From Antedon mediterranea (Eukaryota; Animalia; Echinodermata), in contig NC_092673.1 of NCBI RefSeq assembly GCF_964355755.1, forward strand, positions 5,704,001 to 5,768,000: DNA of 64,000 nucleotides. Direction: 5' to 3'. The notes below the pieces were generated by a model. The model had not been told where the DNA came from, ran no database searches, and worked only from the letters and a program-made list of their open reading frames with translations. Shown here one piece after another: positions 24,301 through 37,600 of the stretch (position 1 is the first letter of the stretch; each line of letters opens with the position of its first letter). Position numbers and translations under genes: made by a program.

Positions 24301-25956
24301 TGGCAAAATGAAGGCAGCGCCAGAGAATAAGCAATTTAATATTATTTCAGCTATATTGAAGATTAAGATTTTATAACTCAAGATTTTAATATACAGTAAT
24401 AATTTAAGCTTTTGTGACATTAATTATTCAATAAAAAATCAATAGACCTTTTCTGTTAGTATGTTTAAAAAAATGATTAATGGTTTTTCAATTTATATAG
24501 CGTAAAATACAAATAGTCTCTATGCGCTGTTTAGCACAAGTATGAAAATGTTGATGTAAAATAAACCAGGAAAAGGCCTAAGAAAACTGAATAAATTGAC
24601 CAAGACAACAGAAAAAAAGTCCGAAAACGGAATCTCACATCACCACACTGTTTCACCAACTTGTTAAGAAAAGCTAGCTATTTATTCACATAAATGAAAT
24701 TAATAGCGAAAAGAAAATGACAAAAAATGCAGTTAATGTAACATAATAGTTATCCACTTTGACCAAAAATCGGATCAAAAAAAAAATGTATTTACCTGAA
24801 AAAACTGTAATTTAAAGCAAAAAATGGTCAAATTGGCTGGCAGCCAATGTGTTTTTGGTTGAATTTAACCATTTATTTTGTCATTTATAAGTGAAAAGTT
24901 AAAACATTATTTTTTTACATGTTTTTTTCTACGGAAATGATTAACTTTATGAAGATTAATTAAATCAGACTTTGAATATGTTATTTTGTAATTTAATCAG
25001 GGAGTTGTTATTACTAATAACAACTCCCTGATTTAATTAAATCAGACTTTGAATATGTGATTTTGTAGTTTACATATTCAAAGTCTGATTTAATTAATCT
25101 TCATTTTTCATGTTTTTGAGGGACAATACATCTTTAATAAAGTAAGTGTTGTTTTGATGGCAAGAGATGACTGTTACTTACTGTATTTTCACTAAACAAT
25201 GTTATATCGCCTTCATTTCCACAGTAAAACAGTATTGGCATTCCAACACCTCCCCAATGCTCTGTGGACACCAAATACCTTTGTTTGTAAATATCGTTGT
25301 TTGCAAAGCTAAAATGGTCCACCTTTTAAAAATAACAAATATTAGTTGTACTGTGACAATTTTTTAAATATTATTAATATTAGAATATTTATTAAATGCA
25401 ATAAAAATATATAAATTTTGGTATAACGCAGTAGGCCTACTGTATAATATTTACGGGAAAAACTGCGGCAGAGTATAGATACTAGGACTAGACCATAGAC
25501 TAGCTAGGCCCTAGACCTACTTTGACAATTTAAAACTGAGTGAGGAAATGCCTAAAACAATTTATTCATTTAAACTCACAAAGATAAGTGACCAAATTAA
25601 TTTAATTTCCAAATTTTTGAAGATGGATATACTTGATTACTAAATAGGCACCAATGAATGAACCTGCCAGCGATTAGGTTAGCCTTCATCCATCAGTAAG
25701 CTAGGCCTAGCTCAGCTGGTTCCTAGGAAAGCCGAAAAGCCTACTTCTACTAGCTTCAAGCTTAGCTACTATTATTACTTTAACTAGCTAGGCCTAGCCT
25801 ATTTTATAAATTACTCACCTGTTGTTCCATATAATATGTTTTATACGCGTATTTACTAGTATGTGGCATTTTATAAAGAGGTTTTGAGCCAAACAAAACC
25901 CCAGATGTAGGCACTAAATAAGAAAGAATTAAAAGAACACTTAAAAAGACCTCCAT
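21334..25956 (-). CDS. PRCP: Lysosomal Pro-X carboxypeptidase (peptidase S28), 9 exons
   Basis: Exons 25819-25956 (signal peptide), 25182-25322, 24157-24258, 23669-23850, 23155-23312, 22587-22759, 22288-22452, 21960-22147, 21334-21529. Motifs [36 protein letters not shown] (catalytic Ser), [26 protein letters not shown] (Asp), GAHHLDLR (His). Confidence 0.93.
24735..25133. mobile_element. Kolobok-type MITE family C, rearranged/partial copy in PRCP intron 2
   Basis: Right end GGGACAATACATCT|TTAA. Internal sequence is homologous to 27171-27517. Confidence 0.65.
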
Positions 25957-26019
25957 TATTGTCGCTCTCACTCAGGATTTGCTAAAAAATGTTTTTTTGT
26001 GTGTGAAAAAAAGAAAATT

Positions 26020-26100
26020 GTATCACCTGACCACACAGCGAGAAGTTGAGCACGTGATGCTTTAGGGAAATCCCCATATCATCATCATCACATGGTGATA
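26020..26100 (-). promoter_or_regulatory. PRCP proximal promoter with a CLEAR-like E-box and a kappaB-like site
   Basis: CACGTG at 26051-26056 (TCACGTG on -), TCACCTGAC at about 26023-26031, and GGGAAATCCCC at 26065-26075, all within about 120 bp of the ATG. Confidence 0.45.
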
Positions 26101-27170
26101 TACGTTACACTACATTGTACAGTTGATTACGTTCAATTTAACGATCAGTTACTGTGTAATGTTCCGTTAGATGTTAAATTAAACCTGTAGTACTGCAACG
26201 TAAGTTATTGGTTACCTACGTCGGAATGTAAAAAGAAACGAACACATTTTTTAGTTGCTATATGCGGTGCCTACACTAATAGTCTAGGCTAGTATAAACT
26301 CAATTTTACGCCGTTCGTAAACAAAATATCTTAGTTCTCACTCATTCTTGCAAGAAATACGTCGTATTCATTTACAGTACGTAACGTACATCAAAACTGT
26401 ATTTGATGATCGGTACAATTTGACCTAACGTCGATAACATTTTTTGGTTAAAATGATTGAATTGTGAATCTTAACAATTTCACATGGGCCTATCATCTAA
26501 CGTTGTAAACGCACAATACTATACATAGCGTTGTTTGACGAACGGTTCAGTACTAAGCTTCTGATGTATTTTTCGTTACAATTATTACATTTCTGTTAGT
26601 GCTCAGTGTAGAAAATGCTCTTCCATGAGAAAATGTTACTACAGTAGAATTTGTTGCAACAAACGATGACGATATTAATTATAGTGATCATTCTGTTAGT
26701 GATAATATTAATATAACGTTATTGGTGACAATTTAACGACAATGATCAGTAAGTACACCAGTGAAACAACCACAAAACTAAATTTGTTTTTGTATATTTA
26801 TTTTTTTATTAACTGTGACTTGCAACTAATGATGTTATCAAAGGTGAATAAGTTACCTTTAAAATCATGGTGCATTTAATTGAGCAAACGAGTGACAATG
26901 TCACTTTCCTTTGCTTGTACAAATGAGGTAAGGAGTAGCAATGTTAAACAATGTCACTTCCACTTGCTTATAAAATTGAGCCAAGTAGTTACAATATTAA
27001 ACAATGTCATTCTCTTTTGTTTATACAATTGAGCTAAGGAAAGAATTGACAGTGTCAATGTCACTTCGATTGTATAAGCAAAGGAGAGTGACATTGTTTA
27101 AAATTGTCACTCCTTATATTAAATTGAGCTAAGAAGTGACATTATTTAATATTGCCACTTTTTAGCTTAA

Positions 27171-27517
27171 AGATGTATTGTTCCCCAAAAACATGAACAA
27201 TTAGGATTAATTAAATCAGACTTTTAATAGGTTATTTTGTAGTTTTAATAAAGTTAATCACTTCTGTAGAAAAAAAAACGGGGAAAAAAAAAATGTTTTT
27301 ACTTTAGAAAAAGACAAAATAAATGGTTAAATTCAACCAAAAACCTAGTGGCTGGCAGCCAATTTGACTTTCTTTGCTTTAAATTACAGTTTATCAGGTA
27401 AATACACTGTTTTCAATCCAATTTTTGGTCAAAGTGGATAACTATTACGGGACATTAAAATGGCATATTCCACAAACAAATGTTTAAGAATTATTTTTCA
27501 GGGGGGACAATACATCT
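27171..27517. mobile_element. Kolobok-type MITE family C
   Basis: TTAA|AGATGTATTGTTCCCC ... GGGGACAATACATCT|TTAA. Confidence 0.8.
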
Positions 27518-28635
27518 TTAATTGGAGAGTGACACTGTTTAACATTGTCACTCCTCAACTTAATTTACAAGCAAAAGAGAATTACATTGTTAAACATTGT
27601 ACTAAGCTAAATTGTGTAATCTGAGAAAAATAACAGCACTACACATAATACTCAGATTTTACATTTTCTATCAATTCAACCTTAAAAAATTAAAGTAAGA
27701 AAAATAATCAATTTGAAATGACACAAATTTATTTTAAAATATAAAATAGAACTAATAAGTTTCAAATTATTTTAAAAATTAAAACCCTAATTTGATCAAT
27801 ATATTTTTACTATACAAATTAACAAATTGTTGTGAAAATGAAAAAAATAGCTGTACTGTAATTAAATATACATATTCACAAATAACAATTTGTCAATATT
27901 TGATTTAAATCATAATTGCATTTAATTCTGCTCTTGAACAAATGTTAAATGGTAACAAAGTGCATGGTGACAACTTGTTTAGTTCAACTGGAACCAATTG
28001 CATTCATTTAAATTATTATATTAGATTGCTTTAAATCTATATGAAAACCTGTATAGTAAATTGGTATTGAAAAGACTTCAACACAAGATATTATTGTACG
28101 CACTAAGTCCAATTCTTTTAAGCCTTTGGGTATTTACAGTAGTTTGAAAAAGGTTTTTTTAAACGATTGTTTGAAGAGGTATTTGAAGGAACTGGTTGAA
28201 ATATTCATTGCCTACTGTAGCAACATTTTAGAGTTTAGACAAAACTGGGGTGCACACAATACAAAACACCGGTGTTGGTGCATCAGTGTTCATAAACTCC
28301 GGAGTTTCGCTAGGCATGTGGAAGGTGTATATTAGTTGCTTTCAACATAAGCCTATCTTAATAACTAAACTCCTGACATTGAATCATAATGTGATTGTTA
28401 GTGCGTGTTACATCAGAGTGAATTTTAAATGAGCTTTTAGGAATCGCCATTGCCAAACACAAAACTGGTTTTGGATGAAATAAATGGTCATATTTTTTTG
28501 GGAAATATTATTGTGAAGTATTAATTAATATTACTATAGATTATGGTTAATGTTGAGGTTATAGCAAAGTGTATTTATTTTTGGAGTAACCTAGAATCAC
28601 AATTCATTTTGTTCAGTGCAAGAGGTAATGCGAGT

Positions 28636-31600
28636 TCACTCATCTTCAAAATCCCAGTTGAGGTCATCATCACCCCATCCTGCATCACCCTCCTGAAAGA
28701 AAAGAATTATCCAATTAATAATAAGAATGCAATCAAGTGACACTATAATCAAGTGACAATATAATCAAGTAACAATATAATCAAGTGACACTATAATCAA
28801 GTGACAATATAATCAAGTGACACTATAATCCAGTGACACTATAATCAAGTGACAATATAATCAAGTGACACTATAATCAAGTGACACTATAATCAAGTGA
28901 CACTATAATCCAGTGACACTATAATCAAGTGACAATATAATCAAGTGACAATATAATCAAGTGACACTATAATCAAGTGACATTATAATCAAGTAACAAT
29001 ATAAGCAAGTGAAAATATAATCAAGTGACATTATAATCAAGTGACATTATAATCAAGTGACATTATAATCAAGTGACACTATAATCAAGTGACACTATAA
29101 TCAAGTGACACTATAATCAAGTGACAATATAATCAAGTGACACAAGTGACAATATAATCAAGTGACACTATAATCAAGTGACACTATAATCAAGTGACAC
29201 TATAATCAAGTGACAATATAATCAAGTGACACAAGTGACAATATAATCAAGTGACACTATAATCAAGTGACACTATAATCAAGTGACACTATAATCAAGT
29301 GACAATATAATCAAGTGACACAAGTGACAATATAATCAAGTGACACTATAATCAAGTGACACTATAATCAAGTGACACTATAATCAAGTGACACTATAAT
29401 CAAGTGACACTATAATCCAGTGACACTATAATCCAGTGACACTATAATCCAGTGACACTATAATCCAGTGACACTATAATCAGGTGACACTATAATCCAG
29501 TGACACTATAATCCAGTGACACTATAATCAAGTGACAATATAATCAAGTGACACTATAATCAAGTGACATTATAATCAAGTAACAATATAAGCAAGTGAA
29601 AATATAATCAAGTAACATTATAATCAAGTGACATTATAATCAAGTGACATTATAATCAAGTGACATTATAATCAAGTGACACTATAATCAAGTGACACTA
29701 TAATCAAGTGACACTATAATCAAGTGACACTATAATCAAGTGACACTATAATCAAGTGACACAAGTGACAATATAATCAAGTGACACTATAATCAAGTGA
29801 CACTATAATCAAGTGACAATATAATCAAGTGACAATATAATTAGGTGACACTATTAAATCAAGTGACACTATAATCAAGTGACACTATAATCAGGTGACA
29901 CTATAATCAAGTGACACTTTAATCAAGTGACACTATAATCAAGTGACACTATAATCAAGTGACAATATAATCAAGTGACACTATAATCAGGTGACAATAT
30001 AATCAGGTGACAATATAATCAGGTGACACTATAATCAGGTGACACTATAATCAAGTGACACTATAATCAAGTGACAATATAATTAAGTGACTATATAATC
30101 AACTGACATCATCATGAAGTGATGACATTATGATCAAGTGAGATTATGATTAAATGACATTATGATTGTGAAATTATAATTGAGTGACATAAATTAAATA
30201 AAATGTGTAATGCTCACCATTGTCGTACTGTCATCCATTTGAAAAGTAAATTTTGACTTATCTTGCTCTGAAGTCTTTTTTTCATCCGTTTTAGTTGAAT
30301 GAGTAACATTCTTTTGTGTTTTTCCAATTGATGGTTCCATATCAGCAAAAAAATCAAATTCTTGTGCCTCTGGTTTTGGAGCAACATCAGGAACAATAAA
30401 CTCCTTACCAAGTTCTTGCACAATTTTATGTCGCTTATTTTCAGTTTTTGAAACATTTTTTCCAGTTTGTAATTTTAAAGCACCCTTTTGTTCTGTTTTA
30501 TAATTCTGTGTTTCTAAATTTGAATTTGAGAATTTGGAAGATTTGTTGAACGTTTGCCATTCAGAATTGTCTTTGGTTTTCGTTGATGGGTTGGTTTGGT
30601 TGTCTGATAGTATAGGTGTATCAGCTTCCCAATCTGACCAATCACTGTCTCCTGTTTCAGGATGATGCACATTTGTATCATCTGCATGAGTATCACTGAC
30701 TGAATCCATTGATTCATTTGCCATAAGAGGACGGTCTTTTTCCCCAATGGTTTTTCCTAAAATATCTGGAATAAGATAAGTTATAAATGATTATTGTATA
30801 TAATGTAATTTCGCATCTATATAGAAGAGTATAAGTATAATAAAGTAGTTTTTTTAAATCACTTTTCACGGGCAACTCGTCAAAATATAATATTTTCAAC
30901 AACATGATGAGAATGTGATTTTTTTCACCACAGAATTCAATAAACCTTACGTTGCTTGTTTAACAATCTCTGTTCTCTTTCCTTTTTTCGTTCCTCATTT
31001 TTTCTTTTCATTTCTTCCCTTTTTTGTTGTCTTTCTTGCTCCCTTGCTAACTTCCGCTTCTCTTCATCCTCACCCTGGTTCCTAAGGTTGGTTTCATTCG
31101 CTTGGTGGTTACTTTTCACAATTTTTTCAATGAGTGGTAAGCCTATAACGCCGCTCACTGCTGTGAGGTTGCCTTCATGCTTTTGTTGTAATGCTCCATT
31201 TTCTTTTTTGGTATGAAACTAAAAAAATAATATATTGATTTTCTAACCTAGAAATTTCATTATCAGTATTGTCACCACACTGTTTGACGCCTCTCAGTTC
31301 TCTCTGGCACTCAGACTTTCGGATCAAACAGGCTACTGAGCAAAACATATTTAAAAATATTATAAACTTCAATTTCTCATAGTAGGGAAGTTTTTGCCAC
31401 AGCACATTTCCTTTAGAAAAAAAAATTTTTGATTCTTTTTTTAAAAAAAGCCCATTATTTGGTAAACAGTGCCATAAATATTCAGATTATTATTATTATT
31501 ATTATTATTATTACAAAAATATACCTTTGGTCGTCCTTCTACAAAATATTTGAAACGATCACCGCCAACAACAATCTCAGATCCTAAAATTGGCACAACT

Positions 31601-34600
31601 TCTGCCAAAGCATGGAACGTGGCCGATACAATATCATCATTGGTATCTTTCAGACCAACCAGAAGCTAGATAAAAATAATATGGTCAATGTTTAAGAATT
31701 GGTGTTAAATACTTGGCAAAAGTAATGCCTGGGAACTTTTTAGGGGCTCTATTAATCAATATTGGATATTATAATATTACTTAAATGACACATTCTGAAC
31801 TAATAAAGTAATATGTAGGCTTCAATTATTTATCTTTCAATTCAATTTTCATAAGATACTTCATTTATGCAATATTAACATGAGAGTTTTTTTTAAAGTT
31901 GAATTCATGTATGCTGGAGAAACTTAAACTAAAGCTCAGAGGGCTTTAAGGCTAGTTCCACAAAAAAAAAAAATTCAAAAAGTATACTGTATATAAATAA
32001 ATATTTCAAATGTAGTCAACAAATAAATAATTATGGGGTGAACATAAGAAAAACGCAAATAACTATTTAAGCAGGGCGCACTTTCGCATAAGAAATGACA
32101 ATAGTAGCTAGTTAGCTGTCAGTTTGTCTGTTAGTTTACATTTTCAGTTTATTTCAGTACCTTAACAAGGATTGTGGATCTAAGTGTGTAGTGGTCAAAC
32201 AGATGTACATAAGAAGAAAAGTGGCGTAGCAAAACGCAGCGGACATGAGAATCACGTAACTGGAAAGCCTCAATCAGTAGAGGGAGTATATGCTTCTTAA
32301 AAAGTTCCTCTGGAATTATGGGATTGATTGTTTGCCTATTGAAAATGGACGATTGAGTATCTGAAAGAAAACAAATGGAATAGTATTCTAAAATGGAACA
32401 TTTATACATAACAAAAATTCTGTATTAGAAAAGTTCTTGGATACAGAGTCACATGATTGTAATATGTGACTCTGTATCATAGGAATTATATAAGGTTGGG
32501 TTGAGATTTAAAAAAATGCACATATTGTATGACCTCTATTAATAAGGAATGTGCCTAAGATACTATACAAATTATAATGCAATTGTGATATTAACTAGCA
32601 ACTATACCCGCTCCAGAGCGAGTTTCAAATGTGTTAAAACATCATTCAGATTCATATTGGCCCTACAATATATCCTCAGGATTACTTCATCAAAGACTCT
32701 GAATAAACCCAGGCAGGCAGGCATGCAGAGATTTGGTAAAGATACATAAGTAATATATCAAGCATCAATGATGGTAATTTCTTCTTACCAGTCTTAGGTG
32801 TGAGAAGGTGGACAAACAGCTTATCAACAGCCACTGGTTCAGCCATAACAAAGCTAGATAGCAGCATTGGGGCTAGACGGATAGCAACTAACTTGGCGGG
32901 CAGACCGTGTAGACGAGGAGCTAGATCTTCAAAAAATATATTCTTTTCTTGTTCTGTCTTTAGTGTCAGGTGGTTTAAGAACTTTATAATTTCCAAGAAG
33001 TCATTCCTAGAAAAAAATAAATATGAATTTATTAACTATGACTAGAGGGTACTCCGAGAGTACAAACCTCCGCCTACTGTAAAATTCCCCTATATAAAAT
33101 TCCCCCTGAATATTTTTTTTTTTACATTTTTTTTTATTAGTTCTAAGTGTAAATATGTTAACTGCACACTACAAAGTTGTGGATGACAGTGTGGTGTAAT
33201 GGTTATGTATCCAGCCTCTCACAGTTGAGATCGCTGGTTCAAGTCCCACTGAGGTTTTTTTTTTTTCTATTATTTTTTTATTTCTTTTTTTTTAGCTTTT
33301 TGTGGACCTTGATCTTTGACCCTGACCCTTCAAAATTTAACCACAATTATATGATGTGTCATTGATCATTGTGGCTAAGTTTGGTGAGAATCGGATAAAA
33401 ACTTTGGTCTCTAGGCAGTAAAATAGTTTTTTGTTAGTTGTGACCTTGACCTATGACCTTTTCCCCTCAAATTCGAACTCGTCCGAGCTTTTGGGGCATA
33501 GATCATTGTTGCCAAATTTGGTGAGAATCTGATAAAAACTGTGGCCTCCAGGCTGTTCACAGACACACACACAAACAAACATACAGGGGTGAAAATATAA
33601 CCTCCTTGGCGGAGGTAATAATGATCAAAGTTTTTCTTCTGTTCAATGGTATGCATTAGCTTACGAAAAGGTTTATTTTGTCAAGGTTATTCAATTTACG
33701 CTCATTTGTTTATACTGCAATTTAATAGTAAAATGAGATTTACTTACCTAAATATATGATCTTGTAGTAATGTTCGCAATTGAGGTCTCTTTTTTGGTTC
33801 AGGATCAATAAAAGAATTGAGTCTTTCAACAAACGAATTTGTAATGTCACCTAGAAATTAAAAAAAAATACATATCAATAAATAATATTTTGAATAATAA
33901 TAATATCTGGAAAACAATTTATTCATGTACTGTACACAAGACTGAGAACATTTTGTAAAAAATGAAAGAAAGTCATGGAAAAGCAATTTGAATGTCTAGT
34001 TGTATTATTAAATTCAATATCATTTTTCATTGTAATTATTTTTACAGTATTCATAAAGAAATATTAGGCCTGACATTATTAAAGCCTAATCCTATCTGCA
34101 GGACAAGCACAGTATCGAACTTTGGCAAGTCTTAATTTGTATATTATATAACCTAAATAAATTCCTGTCAATTGATTGGACGATTGTGGGTCACATGGCG
34201 TGCAATAGTACACACCATTAAACGATCGTTTAATAGTACTTTTTTTAAACATTTTTGTGTACGAAAAAAAAAAAGATTCGCGGATGAAAAAAAATCTAGT
34301 ATACAAATTACTGTGAAATACAACAGCGCTACCTGTCGTCAGTTTCGCTTGTAAACACGACACCAGCAGCAGATTTTTGTTGAAATATAACCTTTCATCA
34401 TTCACCTCATGCCATTACTTGCACCATTACACTCATAAACATTCATTATTTGTATAACATTGCACCACCATTAAAAAGATTTACAGTCAGGAGTCATCCA
34501 AAAAAAGTCAAAGCTAGCTAATGTTGTAACTTGAATAAAGTTTAAAAAAGGTACAACTATCAGAGGTTTAGTTAAATAAAAAAGTAAATTTCAAGCCCTG

Positions 34601-37600
34601 TTACACAAACAATAGATAGATAGTTTTATTAAGTTGATCTTAAAATCATTACCAAGTTCTTCCAAGTATTGTAAAAGATGCTCTGCTAAGATACCAAACG
34701 CGTACGCGTCCCTGGCATGACCTAGCGACGGTGCATTGGACGTTAAGGAATCTTCCTTTTCTTCTGGTGGGATTGCCTCGCTATGACGCAATGGCTTACT
34801 GTCTTTCAAAAACTAAAAGAAAACAAAATGATTCAACTACTTGAGATTTTCTACAAATAATGCCAGTCTTCAAAACCAAAATAATTGTAATTATATTTAT
34901 ATTATTCAAGGAATTTCAGTTTCTGATCCCAGAAAATAATACTAAATTGCACAGTTTTCAAAAGCATTGTGCACTAAAGGATTAGAATTGTATTCAGTGC
35001 TCTGTTCCCATTTAGTTTCTACTCAAATTGTTTGTGTCTATACTGTACATATCTTTCATGGTTCAGGATTGCTGTCATAAATCATAAAACAAATAAAAAC
35101 ACCACAGTTTTGTCGATCTATTGTACAATATTTATTATGAAAACAATCTAAGAAGAATTAATGAATAGAAAATTTAAAAAATACACAGTGGAACCCATCC
35201 TTCATGATGAGACACTTTCCTGTGAACAAGGACTAATATATGTTTTAACAGTATGGCCAATTAAAGGGATAACCTTATTAAAGATGTATTGTTTGTTTTT
35301 TAAATTTTGTTTCAATATGTCATTTTAATGTCGCATAAGATTTTCACTTTGACCCAAAATTTGATCTGAAATCTAATAATTATTAATAGTAATTTAAAGC
35401 AAAGTAAAGGTTTTTTGTTGGATTTAAAAATAATAATTGTCTTTTGTAAAGTGCCTAACCAAAATAAATTTTCTCTAAAGCACTATGACCACAACAAGGC
35501 TTGAACTAGGTAGAAATTATGCTGCTCTGTGAAAGAGATGGGTTTGATGACTGTTTGTCAATAGAGTTGGTATTTAACCATTTATTCAGTAATTTTCAAT
35601 TCAATCAATTCAATTCATCGACATTTTTATTCCATAATCAAAATAAAAACATATACAAATACAATACAAATAATAAGATAATGGAATGGGATACAAAATA
35701 AGCACAAGTGCTTTAAGCATGTAACCCTAACAAAAAGATCAAACAATTAGTACAAACAAAAAGAACAAACCAAAATAACATAATGTGATTTACTTAACTT
35801 AAATATTTCTATTGTTATAATATTGCTTTAATCTCTGTTTAAACAAACTTAAAGTGGGGAATTGTTTTATATAGTCTGTTAAATTGTTCCAAATATGTGT
35901 TCCTTGGTAGGAAATACATTGCTGTCCGACTTTGGTGCGTTTTAGGTGTGGACAGTAGTTTGACCTGTTTCTAGTTGAGTAATTATGGAATGAGGCAGAT
36001 GTACTAAATAAGTTATTAAATGATTCAGGTAATAGATTATGTTTATATTGATACATAAATATAGCAGTGTGTTTCGTATAAAGGTCAAAAATATTTAATG
36101 TTTGGGTTGAAATAAAAAGTGGATGAGAAGGATGCATAAAATGAACATGACAAATATTTCTAAGTGCTTTTTTCTGGAGAATATGTATACGGTTTAAGTT
36201 TGTAGCAGAAGTAGCACCCCATACTGTGATAGCATACGTTATTCTAGGTAATATAAGTGCATTGTATACCGTTAACAAGATTTTACTTGATAACATAGAC
36301 TTCACTTTGTTTAAGACACCAATTATTCTAGAAATACTGTTTGCTACCTCATTTACATGATAATTAAACGATAAAGTTTCATCCAGAAATAAGCCTAGAA
36401 ATTTAACTTCAGTAGCTTTTACTATACATTCATTTCCCATCCTCAATTCTAGTGAGGTAGTGTCAGCTGACTTATTTCTAGCCTTAAATATAACATATTT
36501 TGATTTGTTTACATTTAGCGTTAATTTGTTAGCAATAAACCAGTCCGAAAGTATAGATAACTCCTGGTTCATTGTATCAAAAGCTTGAGTAATATCATTG
36601 TGACTATAAAACACATTTGTGTCATCTGCATACATAATCATGTCTACATGGTTACATGCTAGACTAATATCATTAATGAATATAAGAAATAATAATGGAC
36701 CCAATATGGATCCCTGAGGAACTCCAGTGTTTACTGTCATTTTACTAGATGCAGTATTAACAATAAATGTGTATTGTAGTCTTTTTTTAAGATAGTTTGA
36801 GAACCAGTTTAGCGGAACTCCTCTTATACCATAAAATCTTAACTTATCTAATAATATATCATGATCGATTGTATCAAACGCTTTTGATAAATCAAGGAAA
36901 ACTCCTAGTGTGAACTCTTTATTCTCAATAGCGTTTGTGATTTTTTCAATCGATTGTATTAAAGCATGACTAGTTGAATGGTGTTGTCTAAATCCATACT
37001 GTGTTTTACTCAGTACGTTATATTTTGAGAGGTAACAAATCGTTTGATCATACACAATCCTCTCAAATATTTTGGAAAAAAAGGGTAAAATGGAAATAGG
37101 CCGATAATTATTTATATCGGAGATGTCACCATTCTTAAATACCGGGATAACTTTAGCAATTTTTATATCAGCCGGGACACAGCCCGATGATAATGACGTA
37201 TTAATAATATGCAATAAAGGTTTTAAAATAAACGGGGAAGCAGATTTTATGAGTTGGGCACTTATACCATCATGGCCAGGAGAAGTATTCTTTGTGTTTT
37301 TAATATAGTGGTTAAGTTCATGTTCAGTAACAGGCTTAAAAAACATTGAAGAGGTAAAATTTCCCTTTAAGAAAGTTCTGTGGGTGATTTCTTCATTTTG
37401 AGATTCATGCCTAAATTTATTATTTAGTTTTTCTCCAATATTAATAAAAAAAGAGTTGAATGCATCAGCTTTCTCATCATTATCAGAGAAAGTCTCAGTA
37501 CCCAATTTTATTTTTGTAGGCAAATTGGTAGTCTTTTTCCTACCCATTATATCATTTAGGATTGTCCACGTTTTTTTAATATCTTGTTTATTTCGTTCAA

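Noticed and set aside
28731-30110. Possible CRISPR-like array
   Set aside because: Head-to-tail 16-bp units with no unique spacers, inside a eukaryotic intron, and no cas genes.
30946-30950. SCYL3 exon 9 donor at 30945 (AAG|GTTTA)
   Set aside because: It gives a phase clash with exon 10. The GTAAG donor at 30950 is stronger and restores the frame.
33188-33252. tRNA gene
   Set aside because: A and B boxes are present but I could not fold a convincing acceptor stem, and it sits in a repeat. Treated as a SINE/pseudo-tRNA. Similar decayed heads occur at about 14455-14530 (-) and 41712-41775 (+).
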